64,000 nt of DNA. It comes from an uncultured delta proteobacterium. Lineage in GTDB: Bacteria > Desulfobacterota > Binatia > UBA9968. A program made the position numbers and the translations under genes. The stretch spans positions 64,001-128,000 of the forward strand of contig CAVXEP010000002.1 in assembly GCA_963760795.1 (NCBI GenBank), written 5' to 3'. Below are positions 53,704-64,000 of the stretch, piece after piece. Position 1 is the stretch's first letter. Each line of letters starts with the position of its first letter. The notes beneath the pieces are model-generated. The model worked only from the letters and a program-made list of their open reading frames with translations, did no database searches and was not told where the DNA came from.

Positions 53704-54812
53704 ATGAAACTTACTTTTCCTGTCATAAGAGGAAGCATGGGTAGGCGACAGTATTATTCGCTCCTGGTTCCGCTTTCAGAGATTCCTCATTTATTCAAAT
53801 TTAACGATTGGGCAGGCTGTACTCCGGAATTGCAGGCGCAAAGGATTCTGAATAAGGCAAGGGTTCCGGATATCACGAGCTACATACTCGAAAATGATGA
53901 TGGGTTCCTGTTTTCATCTATCACCGCATCCTACTCTTGTCCGGTAAAGTTCACTTCTTCAGCAGAGAACGCTGACGTTGGCACTTTAGAGATGGAGCTC
54001 GAAAACCTGGAGTTTATTATCAACGATGGCCAGCATCGGTGCGCGGCGATTGCTGCGGCACTCAAAGAAAATCCTGCGCTTGGGAAGGAAAAAATCTCGG
54101 TGCTTCTCTTTGAGACGGAAAGTATGGAACGGCTTCAGCAGATGTTCTCAGATTTAAATCGATTCGTGCAGCAGACGTCAAAATCGCTAGGGATGCTCTA
54201 TGATCGTCGAGATAACCTTTCCGCGCTCACAATGGAGCTGGCCGAGCAGGTCGACGTATTCCGACACATGGTGGAGAAAGAGAAAGTAACGATTCCGCGG
54301 AGGTCCCCAAGCTTTTTACCATCTCGGCTTTATACGAAGCGAACGAAGAATTGCTGGGTAAAAAAATCGCTGAACAGGGATCACCGGTGTACGGAGAGAT
54401 TCTCAAGACGGCTGTCGAATACTGGACAGAGCTTTCGCAGATCATTGGTGACTGGCAAAAAGTCAAAAATGGCGAACTTAGCGCTTCCGAACTCCGCCAA
54501 GAGAAGATCAATACCCATGCGGTTGTTTTGCGTGCGCTGGGAGGCGTTGGCAAAACGTTACTCGAAAAATATCCTGGGGACTGGCGGGGAAAACTCAAAC
54601 TTCTCGAAAGGCTTGATTGGCGGAAAACCGTAGATAGTAGCGCGAATCCTCTGTGGGATGCGGTATGTATCACCGCGGGCTCAGTCGTCTCCAACAGACA
54701 GGCACGAGCAGCTACTTTGGCGGTCTTGTTACGAGAAATCGGCGAATCGCCAAACGGAAAAATGACACACAAAGAATCTGCGGAGGTGACTAGTGCGCAG
54801 GCGACTGAATAA
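53704..54812 (+). CDS. dndB: DndB-like DGQHR-domain protein (about 369 aa after correcting one frameshift near 54308)
   Basis: FPVIRG.MG.RQYY, AQRILNKARVP.I..YI, FSSITAS, INDGQHR, QQMFSDLN; adding one C in the CCCC run restores SPKLFTISALY and continues to DWRK..PLW. Confidence 0.85.
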
Positions 54813-56711
54813 TCGAAACCACCGTAAAAATCCTACCGTTGCCGATCGGCAGGGAGCTGCCGGGGGCGCTCTCAGCGTGGTTAGTGCCGATGCTGCGGAG
54901 GATCGATCTACAACTCGCCTGTGGCAGTTACTTCCAACTGCATGGAACATAATCCGGCCCTACTGGTCCTCGGAGGACCGCTGGGCGGCGTGGGGGCTGC
55001 TCGTTGTCGTGGTCGCGCTCACCCTCGGGATGGTTCATATCAATGTGCTCTTTAGTTATTGGAATAACGACTTCTTTAGCGCTCTTCAGAATAAAGACCA
55101 ATCATCCTTTCTCCACCAGTTGCTTCGCGTTTCGTGGCTAGTAGGTCTGTATATCTTCGTCGCCGTCTACCAGCTTTACCTTAACCAGATGCTCGACATC
55201 CGCTGGCGGCGCTGGCTTACCGAGCGATACCTCCGCGCTTGGATGGCCGATGGCGCTTATTATCGAATGCAGCTCGAGGCGCGTGAGACCGACAATCCCG
55301 ACCAGCGCATCGCCGAAGACGTTCACCTGCTTGTTTCCCATACCCTCACCCTCCTACTGGGAGGGTTGCGGGCGGTGGTGACGATGATTGCCTTTGTGGG
55401 GATTCTCTGGGCGCTCTCCGGAACGCTCACGGTCCCGCTTGGCTGGTTCTCTCTCACTTTGCCCGGCTACTTGGTATGGGCGGCCATCTTGTACGCTGTC
55501 GGCGGCACGTGGCTCACCGACCGGATCGGCCGCCCGCTCGTGCGGCTGAACTTCGACAAGCAACGTTGTGAAGCCGACTTCCGGTTCGGCCTGGTGCGCT
55601 TTCGCGAGAACACCGAGGGGGTAGCGCTCTACCGCGGCGAGGCGGACGAGTTACGTTCTTTCCGCGAACGGTTCGAAGCGGTAGTGGCCAATTGGTGGAA
55701 CATCATGCGCCGACAGAAGCGATTGACCTACTTCACCGCTGGCTACGGCCAAGGGGCGTGGATTTTCCCGTCCGTCATGGCGGCGCCGCGCTACTTCCGA
55801 GGCGAGATTGCACTCGGAGGGCTCATGCAGACGATCGGGGCTTTCGGCCAGCTACAGGCTTCGCTTAGCTTTTTTATCGACTCGTATAAGACGATTGCTG
55901 AATGGTGCTCGGTAGTCGAGAGGCTCTCCGGGTTCGAGCGCGCGCTAGAACGCGTGCGCATCCAGGCGGCGACTGAAGGAGGCGTCCGGCGTGTCGATGG
56001 CGGCACTGCTCACATAACAGTGGAGGGGGTGGATCTCCATCGCCCCGATGGTCAGCCGCTCATCGCGAATGTGAATCTCTCGCTCCAGCGCGGCGACACA
56101 GTTCTTCTGGGGGGCTCTTCCGGGTCGGGCAAGAGTACGCTCGTTCGTGCCATCGCGGGAATCTGGCCTTTTGGCCAAGGTGAGATCCGCCGATCGCGCG
56201 ACGCTCGGGTTCTCTTTCTTCCGCAGAAGCCTTACCTGCCGATCGGTACGCTCCGGGAAGTGGTGAGTTACCCGATGCCAACGGGTGGGTTTGATGACGC
56301 GACACTGCGCGAGGCGCTGGACTGGCAGTCGGGCTCCCTGGGTTCGCCGAACGGCTCAGCGAGGCTGGCCATTGGGCGCTCCAACTTTCCCCCGGCGAAC
56401 AGCAGCGCATCGCCTTTGCCCGCGCGCTGGTGCAGAAGCCCGAGTGGCTCTTCCTTGATGAGGCGACCTCGGCAGTGGACGAGGCTACGGAGGCGCGTCT
56501 GTATCGACTGCTGCGCGAGCGGCTTGCCGACACGACTGTGTTCAGCATCGGTCATCGAGCGACCCTGCGCGCCTTCCACGCTCGCCAACTTTTGGTGCGG
56601 GCCAATGGGACGGGACCTTCCTCTATCGTAGAGGTGACCGCGGTACCGGAATCGGCTCGAGGCAATGTGGCCATTCCACTGCATGCGAAAGTCGCTGCAC
56701 TGGCTGGGTAA
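54793..56711 (+). CDS. Fused ABC permease/ATPase of YddA/BacA-like (ABCD-related) type; frameshift near 56320; start uncertain
   Basis: PYWSSE, DNPDQRIAED, EADFRFGLVR.RE, GSSGSGKS, PQKPYLP; LSPGEQQR and FLDEATS in the second frame. Confidence 0.85.
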
Positions 56712-56834
56712 TCGTACGTTCCACTGGCCTAGCGGCGCAAAATGTGCTTTCCAAATCGCTCCGGCCAGGCGACACCACACCGCCGCGTCGAGCAAGAAAA
56801 ATTGCATCAAACAACCAGCGCGAACCGAGACAAA

Positions 56835-58542
56835 TTAGAGCGGACGCTCGATCCCTGCCTTGGCGTAAGTTTCTTCTAATTGCACTAATCCCTCAGGATC
56901 GTCGGTAAGATCGAAGACAAAGATAGAGTAGCCGATCTTCGCTATGGGTTGTCGTAGCCTTAGCCAGCCGAAGAGCGGAATGTGTGGGATCGAAGCGTCT
57001 TGCAGATTACGGACGCTGATTGCGAGAATTTTGCGCGGGGCTGTGGCCGGAACTCTGTCCGCCGGCGGCGGCCATTCTAAAGGCCAGCTTCCCGGCACAT
57101 ATTGGTAACGGATATTGTAGTACGAGGGCGGAGCGGTGCCGAAGTAAGATAAGTAAATAATCGGCAGTTTTTCTTTTTCCATGTATGCCTTGACGCCTTC
57201 CAGGTCCTGGCCCCAGTCAATATTCGAATCGCTTAAGTAACGATAACCTTCTTCGGGTCCCCCAACGAGTTCGTTAAAATAAGCAAGTTGATGTGGGGCA
57301 ACCCGGAGCGAAGAGACAGCGGTAAACGCGAGTGGCGCGCCGATAACCAAGTATTTTAACCACCGGCGGCGCGGTTCAAGAGTTGCCAAACGCGCGGCGA
57401 GAACGAATAACAAAGGGTAGACGGACAATATATGGCGCAGGCCGATATTCACCTTCGACTGGCTTATGGCCAGGAAAAAAACCCCGACGGGTAAGAGCAA
57501 CAACAGTCCTTCGCGGGGTCCGAGAGGTTTGCCGAAGCGATACAAAAGAAGGGTGGCCGAGATCAGAAACAGAGTCCCAATTGGTGTTTTAACAAGAAAT
57601 ACAAACACGAAATAGTTCCACCAGCCGTGATAGGAAATTTGACCTAAGAAGAAAGCCCGCTGCCCTTCTTGCGCCAGCGTGATAAATCGTCGTAACCCGA
57701 AAAGCCAGGGTTCAAATCCTTGAAAGAAGTAGAAGATAGGTATTGTCGCTACGGCAAAGAGAAATATGACGACGAGCAACACGATGGCTTCAAAAACTTT
57801 GCGCCGATTTGGATTTGGAGGCTTTCTTAACGGAAGGAGGGCACATTCCGCACGGTCGATGAAAAGGTAAACTGTAACGATGAGCCCGATTATTGGGAAG
57901 AGAAGAACCGTCGAAAATTTTGAGACCAGGGCCATGCCTGCGGCAATACCCGTGGCGGACAATAGCCACCATCTAGGGAATCGGAGATATTCCCAAAGAA
58001 GATAGACGGTGAGAAAGATGAACAGAGTGGCCCCGGTATCAGTCGTGACGAGCGAGGAGTGTGCGACCAAGTTCGGCTCAAAGCATGCAAGAGCGCTAGC
58101 CAACAGCGCTGCATAGTTTCCCCACAAGCGATAAGCCCACCAACCGACAAGCGCGACCAACAACGTCCCGAGAAATAAGTTGACGACGCGGCTTAAAAGT
58201 AGCATTTGATCGGCGCGAAGAGCCGATTGGTAGAGGAAGTCTTGGCCGACATAAAAATCATCTCCATCGCGCCAGCGTTTTGGATCAGGATCGAATGGGA
58301 GGCGATGAAGCAAAAATAGGGGCAGCGCCAACAGTTCTTTGACGAGTGGCGGATTTTGCGGCTCGAGCCGGAAATCTCTCGTGGCAAGATAGGAATAACC
58401 TGCGGCGAGATGCTGCGCTTCATCATACGTCGGCGCGTTGGCGCGGATAAAAAAAGACGCCCTGCGCGACAAACACAAGGACCAAGAAAAGTCCAGCAGA
58501 GAGAGTCGTGCCGGCTCGAATGGTTGCGCTTACCAGCCGCAT
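56835..58542 (-). CDS. GT-C fold membrane glycosyltransferase (PMT/ArnT-like); one extra T near 58450
   Basis: TYDE motif, PPLVK, HSSLVTTD, DSNIDWGQDL; removing one T from a 7-T run gives a start at ATG 58542 overlapping the upstream stop. Confidence 0.8.
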
Positions 58543-59700
58543 GCGGTGAGCATGGCCGGCAGTGATTTTTCGGCGTTGAGATATTCTTCGGCCAGTTCAC
58601 GGGCGGCGCGCGCGTGCCGCGGATAATTGCCATCGATCTCGGCCACCCCTGCCTGGGCCTCGTCCAAATCGTCAAAAGATAATCAAACCACTGCCCGTGG
58701 GCAGATGGTCTTTGAAGCCTGTGTTTTCAGCAAGGACCGGCCTTCCGCTTGCGAGATACGCAGCGCTTCGGTCGCTGAACCAACCGGTCTTAAGCTCCCG
58801 GTAAATTGGCTTGGAGCAGGCAAACTCCGCGCGCGATTGCTGGATATATTGCTTGATAGATCGAGGGTGACCTCGCGACTAGATGCGGATTTACCAGTTT
58901 CCAACCCATGCTTAGCAGTAGTTCGCGATCGCCGGTCGTATCTTTAGGATGAATGTTGGCTGCAAGCTCAAAGGTTCGGCCTGTTCTTCGAGGCATCTCA
59001 AGATAGCGAAGAAAAGCGTCGCGCTTGGACGTGCTGAGCACTCGCTTGCCATGCCAAATTTCATCCCAGGTCCATTGGGTGATGGAAGCTGAAAGCCGCC
59101 GATTCTCCTGGATCGGGTGCCGTTTTCCAAAGTGGAAGATAGATAAACGGCATAAAGCGATGCCATGTACCGGCCCAAGTGTAGGAACTTGGCAATCCGG
59201 TTCGCCCATTTTGCTGCCAACCGTTAAGAGGATCTCATGATCGGACAGTCCGAGATCGGTGTCTAATGCGGGAATCTGGAGCATCCCCGGATCAAGATCG
59301 ATCAGAGCACGCCGTCTGAACAGAGACAAAAAGGGCTGTCTTAGCGTGCCGCAGAAATTCCATAAGAGATCCGCCCGACGAATTTTTTCTTGAATTTGAC
59401 ACTTGCTCGCGCCGTAGGTCTCGGCTCATATCCAAGGTAGCGTCGGCATAATCAGTGTGAACCAAGAGCAAAGCGCAGCGCGCGCCAAAGCCGTAGTGTA
59501 GAAAACGAGTGAGAAATATTCTGATCAGTTTTTGATCGCGCGAGTTATCGCCGGTGGTTTTGAGTAACTCCAGCCAGAACACGTCGTGTCCCAGGGCATT
59601 GAGGCCGAGACAAATATTGCAGAAAGACCGACCAGTGTCCGCCGCCTTGGGGATATTTGGCAAGCGAACCGTTCGCCAATACGATGCGAAGTTTAGACAT
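58530..59700 (-). CDS. Glycosyltransferase-like protein, paralog of 60927-62114; multiple frameshifts
   Basis: MSKLRIVLANGSLAKYPQGGGHWSVFLQY..GLNALGHDVFWLE, DLDPG..Q, AYLASGR, RHARAARELAEEYL. Confidence 0.7.
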
Positions 59701-59846
59701 CGATTTGAAGTCTCAATGGACAACGTAATTTCAGTTGCGGGCCAGACGGAACATAATCTCACGTGTTGCACACAGTCATGGCTGTCGCGGCGACAAAACA
59801 GCTCTCCCCGATCCCTTGCAGTCACGTTAAAAGAGAGCGATATGGC

Positions 59847-60701
59847 TCAGGATTTCTGAAAGAGCTGGTGTCCCCACAGCCACTTATCCGCCCATATTTC
59901 GACCAACCCTAGCTCGTCCATCCGCTCAAATGTTGGGCGAAAGTCCGTAACAATATGTTGAGGACGATCGGGGTCATTTTCCGCGTGTATACGGGCAAAG
60001 AGAAGGCCGCCGGGTTTCAATGCTGTCGACAAATGATCCACTGTGTCAACGGGATTGCTCATGTGCTCGAACACGTCCATTGCCAGGATCATGTCAAACT
60101 CACCGTCGGGTAATGATTCGTGCTTCAAGTCTACGAAATGAGCCTGCACTCCACGCGTGGCAACCCGCCAGCGGGCAAAAGAAAGAAGAGTGGTGGAAAT
60201 GTCAGCGAGAGTCATTTCAATCCCGGCGCGAATGAAAAGCAGGGCGCCAGCGCCGACTCCGGAGCCGAAATCCAGGCAGTGCTGCACACCGTGCGATCTT
60301 GCTATATCGAGACCGAGAACATAGGCGAGCGGTCCTGTGTCGTCTCGGAGAGAATGCCATTCCATTAGCTCATATACAGTCGCCGGGCTCTCGTAAAAAT
60401 TCTCTATGCTGGCGCGATAATTAGCATTAACGTTGGCCTGCCATTCTCTTTGGAGCGTCATGACTGCATTGCTGAAGTAACGTTCGACGGCGGCCAGGTC
60501 CGAAATCTCATAGTAGGAGGCTGCCTCACGCACGAGACTGCTTCGTAAATCGGTCACGCCATCACTGAGAACGGCGTTGCACCACTCTGAGCGGTAAATT
60601 TCCAATAATCGCGCTTGCTCGCGAGCGAAATTTTCCTGGCTTAGGTGCCCTGATTTAACCTTTTCCCATAATTCTTGTATATGGTCGGGAAGGAGTACCA
60701 T
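59847..60701 (-). CDS. Class I SAM-dependent methyltransferase
   Basis: LDFGSGVG, DVFEH, LKPGGLL; RBS GGAGG. Confidence 0.85.
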   Translation of the reverse strand: MVLLPDHIQELWEKVKSGHLSQENFAREQARLLEIYRSEWCNAVLSDGVTDLRSSLVREAASYYEISDLAAVERYFSNAVMTLQREWQANVNANYRASIENFYESPATVYELMEWHSLRDDTGPLAYVLGLDIARSHGVQHCLDFGSGVGAGALLFIRAGIEMTLADISTTLLSFARWRVATRGVQAHFVDLKHESLPDGEFDMILAMDVFEHMSNPVDTVDHLSTALKPGGLLFARIHAENDPDRPQHIVTDFRPTFERMDELGLVEIWADKWLWGHQLFQKS

Positions 60702-60926
60702 GGAACCTCCGTCAAATTCGCCAGCGCATCTCGATGAACAAGTGCCAATTTACCGATCAGTGTTCGGTCGCTTTCGACGCTCATATTTTTGTACGCTCAG
60801 TACCATCGGTCTTTCTTTTCGCCCCTCGCCCTGGAAAGTTGAACGGCATCTAAGGAAGCAAACGCTAGTCACCCGTTACGGTTCAATAATGTATCGAGAA
60901 GAAGATCGATAGCGCACGACGCCATG

Positions 60927-62114
60927 TTACGCGGTACCGTCATGACTAAGCCCAGCGTCCCTGAGTAAACGGCCTAATACCATTTCGGAATTGAATTGTT
61001 TTTCGGCAATCGCGCGCGCAGCTTCGCAGTGCCGACGATAGTCTGCTTCAATGCTTTCGATAGCTGAAACCGCTTCATCGAGCGTAGTGAATGCGATAAG
61101 TCCTTCGCCCATAGGATAATACGGGCGAAAACCAGTATCTTGAACCACCACCGGTTTTCCCAAGGCAAGATAGACGGCACTGCGTGTGCTGAACCAGCCG
61201 CTCATTGGAGCCACATAGGCATTTTTGGCGATACTCCACTCCCCGCGCGAGCCACCGACATAGCTTCGATAAGCGTCCATCGTCGAAGACTTCTCGTAAC
61301 CGTCGACAACTTCCCAACCATTTTGCCGCAGCTGATCGAAAGGAGCGGCTCCTGATAAAGCAATCTCCATGACTGCAGAAACTCGCGAGGGAAGGTTCAT
61401 AAACTTCATGAACTCGACATCCTTACCGCCGTAGCTTTTGCCCGCAATTGATGGGAGTGTGACATCGTTTTTCCATGACATCACCGTGGTGAAAGCCTTG
61501 GCCTTCGGGCTAAAGATGAAGGGCCAATCTTCTAGAACAATCGGCTGGCGTGTCGTGTGCCAGGTTAGCCCGCAAGATGGAATGCAGCACGAAGGGTCGG
61601 CAATGTTCTCAGCAAAGGTAAAAAAAAGATCATGCTTCAGTATTAAATCTACTGAATAGGTTTGATCTGTGGTAGCTATCCCTCGCCTCATTGCCTCAAG
61701 CTTATACTGCGTGTAAAGCGGATCGGTGTCCATATATAGCTTCCTGGCACAGCCTTGGTAACGCTCTCTTAACCAGCAACAGCCGGAAACGTTGATGAAG
61801 AGATCAGCTTCGTTACAAACTCTTTCTATTTCATGCTCGGCAAGTCCGAAATATTCTCCTCGCGGGCTGCGGAAGGACCAACGAGTCGTCGCTATGGGTT
61901 CTAGAAAGGCGAGTACCTTTTCCAAGTAACGCAAGTTAAATGAGCAGTCTTCAGTGAAACTCTTCAGGTCGGGGTTGTACACCCACTGTCCTGTATCCTC
62001 CAGGTAGATTACGTCGTGTCCGAGCAGCTGCAGGCCCTGAATGTATTGAACATAATCCCAACTCACTCCGCCCAGCGGGTAGGAAGCAATCAGTCCCGTC
62101 ACGACAATTCGCAT
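60927..62114 (-). CDS. Glycosyltransferase-like (GT-B) protein
   Basis: MRIVVTGLIASYPLGGVSWDYVQY..GHDVIYLED, SRGEWSIAKN.YV..SGWFS.RSAVYLA.GKPVVVQDTGF. Confidence 0.75.
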   Translation of the reverse strand: MRIVVTGLIASYPLGGVSWDYVQYIQGLQLLGHDVIYLEDTGQWVYNPDLKSFTEDCSFNLRYLEKVLAFLEPIATTRWSFRSPRGEYFGLAEHEIERVCNEADLFINVSGCCWLRERYQGCARKLYMDTDPLYTQYKLEAMRRGIATTDQTYSVDLILKHDLFFTFAENIADPSCCIPSCGLTWHTTRQPIVLEDWPFIFSPKAKAFTTVMSWKNDVTLPSIAGKSYGGKDVEFMKFMNLPSRVSAVMEIALSGAAPFDQLRQNGWEVVDGYEKSSTMDAYRSYVGGSRGEWSIAKNAYVAPMSGWFSTRSAVYLALGKPVVVQDTGFRPYYPMGEGLIAFTTLDEAVSAIESIEADYRRHCEAARAIAEKQFNSEMVLGRLLRDAGLSHDGTA

Positions 62115-62123
62115 ATCTCATCC

Positions 62124-62186
62124 ATTTTACTAGCCGAAACTTTCGCTCTTCTTCGCGAAGCCCGAACTGAGTCCGATAAAGTGAGG
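62124..62186. repeat. Direct repeat copy of the 3' end of the ABC transporter gene
   Basis: 58/63 nt identical to 63069-63131 (offset 945 bp). Confidence 0.9.
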
Positions 62187-62274
62187 ACGACCAGTCGCGG
62201 CCGTCCATCCACTTTGGCTTTGCTTCTTGGCTGGTTTATAGCTTCGGTTTCCATTGACCCAGCTGCATTCATGG

Positions 62275-63018
62275 TCACGCACTTTTGCGTGATTGGTCCG
62301 TCTCTTCGGTTAAGGTGGCTTCGTAGGCATGCAGAATGTTCGTCTTATTAATTCGTTGACGCGCTCGCGGCCTTTTTCGCGCCAGAGCTCTCAAACTGCA
62401 GACCCGGCCGACGCTATGCGGCGGGTAATTGTCGTCGAGTCTAACGATTTTGAACTCCTGTTCCAGCAGTGGGCGAAGACTATCCACTGAGAATACGGTT
62501 GGCTCGTCCGGAGTGGGAAATCCGCCGATATCGACGCTGACGAACAAGGCGCCGTCATCAATGAGAATCCTCGACATTTCTTTCAATGCGACTTGCGGAT
62601 CCGGCATATGATCGAGAGCGTTGCGGCAGATAACCAGATCCGCGCAGTCGTCCAACAAAGGGAGACTCTCGGCCGCGAGAGACAGATAGACGGTTCGACT
62701 GCCCGCTTCATCCGCGACTAACATTTCGAGTTGTTGGTAAATGTAGAGAAGCGGGTCGATGGCGATCTTGACACCAGCAGGAAAGGCGGCAAGGTCCCCT
62801 GTGCAGCCACAGCCGATGCTCACGACGGTCTTGCGCTCCAACCAGCTTGCGTCCGTATCTAAATAACCGGCGACCTCGTCGCGTAAGAGACGGGAGTATG
62901 CAAGGCGTTCGGCATTGTACGAGCCGCCAAATTGACCGCGGCGATATTTTTCGTGGTAAAGAAACCAGCCAATCTCGTCTAAATAACGCGGATCGGTCAA
63001 ATCTGGGATTTGTGGCAT
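62275..63018 (-). CDS. SAM-dependent methyltransferase (Methyltransf_11-like)
   Basis: VSIGCGC, IDP, AESLPL..DLVICRNALDH. Confidence 0.8.
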   Translation of the reverse strand: MPQIPDLTDPRYLDEIGWFLYHEKYRRGQFGGSYNAERLAYSRLLRDEVAGYLDTDASWLERKTVVSIGCGCTGDLAAFPAGVKIAIDPLLYIYQQLEMLVADEAGSRTVYLSLAAESLPLLDDCADLVICRNALDHMPDPQVALKEMSRILIDDGALFVSVDIGGFPTPDEPTVFSVDSLRPLLEQEFKIVRLDDNYPPHSVGRVCSLRALARKRPRARQRINKTNILHAYEATLTEETDQSRKSA

Positions 63019-63066
63019 ATGATGATCCTTGCTTTGCTTGTTCAGAGCGTCAGGGTTGTCACCATG

Positions 63067-64000
63067 TTATTTTACTAGCCGAAACTTTCGCTCTTCTTCG
63101 TGAAGTCCGAACTGAGTTTGATAAAGCGAGGCGAACGGGCCACGCTTGCGCAGCAACTCGGTAAAACTTCCTTGTTCAACAATCTGGCCGTCACGGATAA
63201 CCAGGATCAGGTCGGCTTGCCGTACGGTGGAGAGACGGTGGGCGATAATGAAGGTCGTCCGGCCAGCCATTAAATGCTCCAGACCCTCCATTATGAGCGC
63301 CTCGGTCTCCGAATCGACGGACGATGTGGGCTCGTCGAGAATTAGGATCGGAGCATTGAGCAAGATCCCGCGCGCGATAGTGAGGCGTAATTTCTGTCCC
63401 TCCGACAAAGTGGTTCCTTGCTCGCTCACCACAGTGTCATATTTGTCGGGGAGTTGTTGGACAAAGTCGTGAACCTGAGCCACCTGTGCTGCAGAGACGA
63501 TTTCTTCGAAAGAAGCGTCGGGCCGACCATAGGCGATGTTTTCGCGAATGGTGAGAGGAAACACGACAGGTGGCTGAAGAATCATAGCGATTTCGCGTCG
63601 TAGGGACTTCAGCTGGAACTCGCGAATATCGACGCCGTCGATCTTCACGCGGCCCGATTGCGGGTCGTAGAAGCGCGGCAGGAGACCCACTAACGTCGAC
63701 TTTCCCGCACCGGTCGGACCGACGATTGCAATCTTCTTTCCCGCCGCTACGCGAAGGTTAATCTTCTTTAGAACGGGCCGTGATCCGTCATAACCAAATG
63801 AAACGTCTTCGAACGAAATCTGTCCTCGTGCTCCTAGCGGCCGGAAGACTCTAGAACCGTCCGGCAAGCTCTCCTCGGACTCTAAAATCTCAAATGCCCT
63901 GCGCACGCCCACCTTTGCGCTCTGAACCAAACCGTAAGTTTGGAAGATACTGTTGAGCGGGCCATAGAGGGAGGCAAGATAGGAAGTGAAGATGACGATT
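63067..64000 (-). CDS. Type IV ABC exporter (MsbA/MdlB-like), C-terminal part; 5' end outside the window
   Basis: GPTGAGKST, LSEGQ signature, ILDEPTS, IAHRLST. Confidence 0.9.
   Translation of the reverse strand, partial: IVIFTSYLASLYGPLNSIFQTYGLVQSAKVGVRRAFEILESEESLPDGSRVFRPLGARGQISFEDVSFGYDGSRPVLKKINLRVAAGKKIAIVGPTGAGKSTLVGLLPRFYDPQSGRVKIDGVDIREFQLKSLRREIAMILQPPVVFPLTIRENIAYGRPDASFEEIVSAAQVAQVHDFVQQLPDKYDTVVSEQGTTLSEGQKLRLTIARGILLNAPILILDEPTSSVDSETEALIMEGLEHLMAGRTTFIIAHRLSTVRQADLILVIRDGQIVEQGSFTELLRKRGPFASLYQTQFGLHEEERKFRLVK

Noticed and set aside
63390-63410. LSEGQ instead of LSGGQ in the ABC signature
   Set aside because: Such degenerate signatures are common in heterodimeric exporters; not informative alone

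Overview
High-GC bacterial chromosomal window. The gene content (many paralogous amidohydrolases, orphan NMT1/Fe-type substrate-binding proteins, bicupins, LLM and Mo enzymes) resembles Candidatus Binatia/Deltaproteobacteria-type genomes; this is an inference. Many genes are split by single-base indels, often in homopolymers, so this is probably an error-containing long-read assembly. Layout: 1-6.3 kb catabolic/transport genes; 6.3-19.5 kb housekeeping block (cysK, larE, ispD, carD, rimI, tRNA-Cys, grxC, coaE, efp, gdh, HIT, Rieske pair, IMPase, pncA); 19.5-53 kb aromatic-catabolism, redox and SBP genes interspersed with REP-like palindromes; 53.3-64 kb an apparently foreign, lower-GC block. 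The most striking signal is at the start of that block. An orphan DndB/DGQHR-family gene with no dndCDE nearby is preceded by an AT-rich tract, a perfect IHF consensus site and seven quasi-palindromic WSAGCTSW boxes spaced 22-23 bp apart (about two helical turns), with the start codon one further period downstream. Also notable: a 63-bp duplication of an ABC gene 3' end flanking a methyltransferase, a ferredoxin-TM-Hsp20-like fusion, an integrase/HicA deletion scar at tRNA-Cys, an EF-P with a PGNKRG loop, and an SDR lacking its catalytic Tyr.
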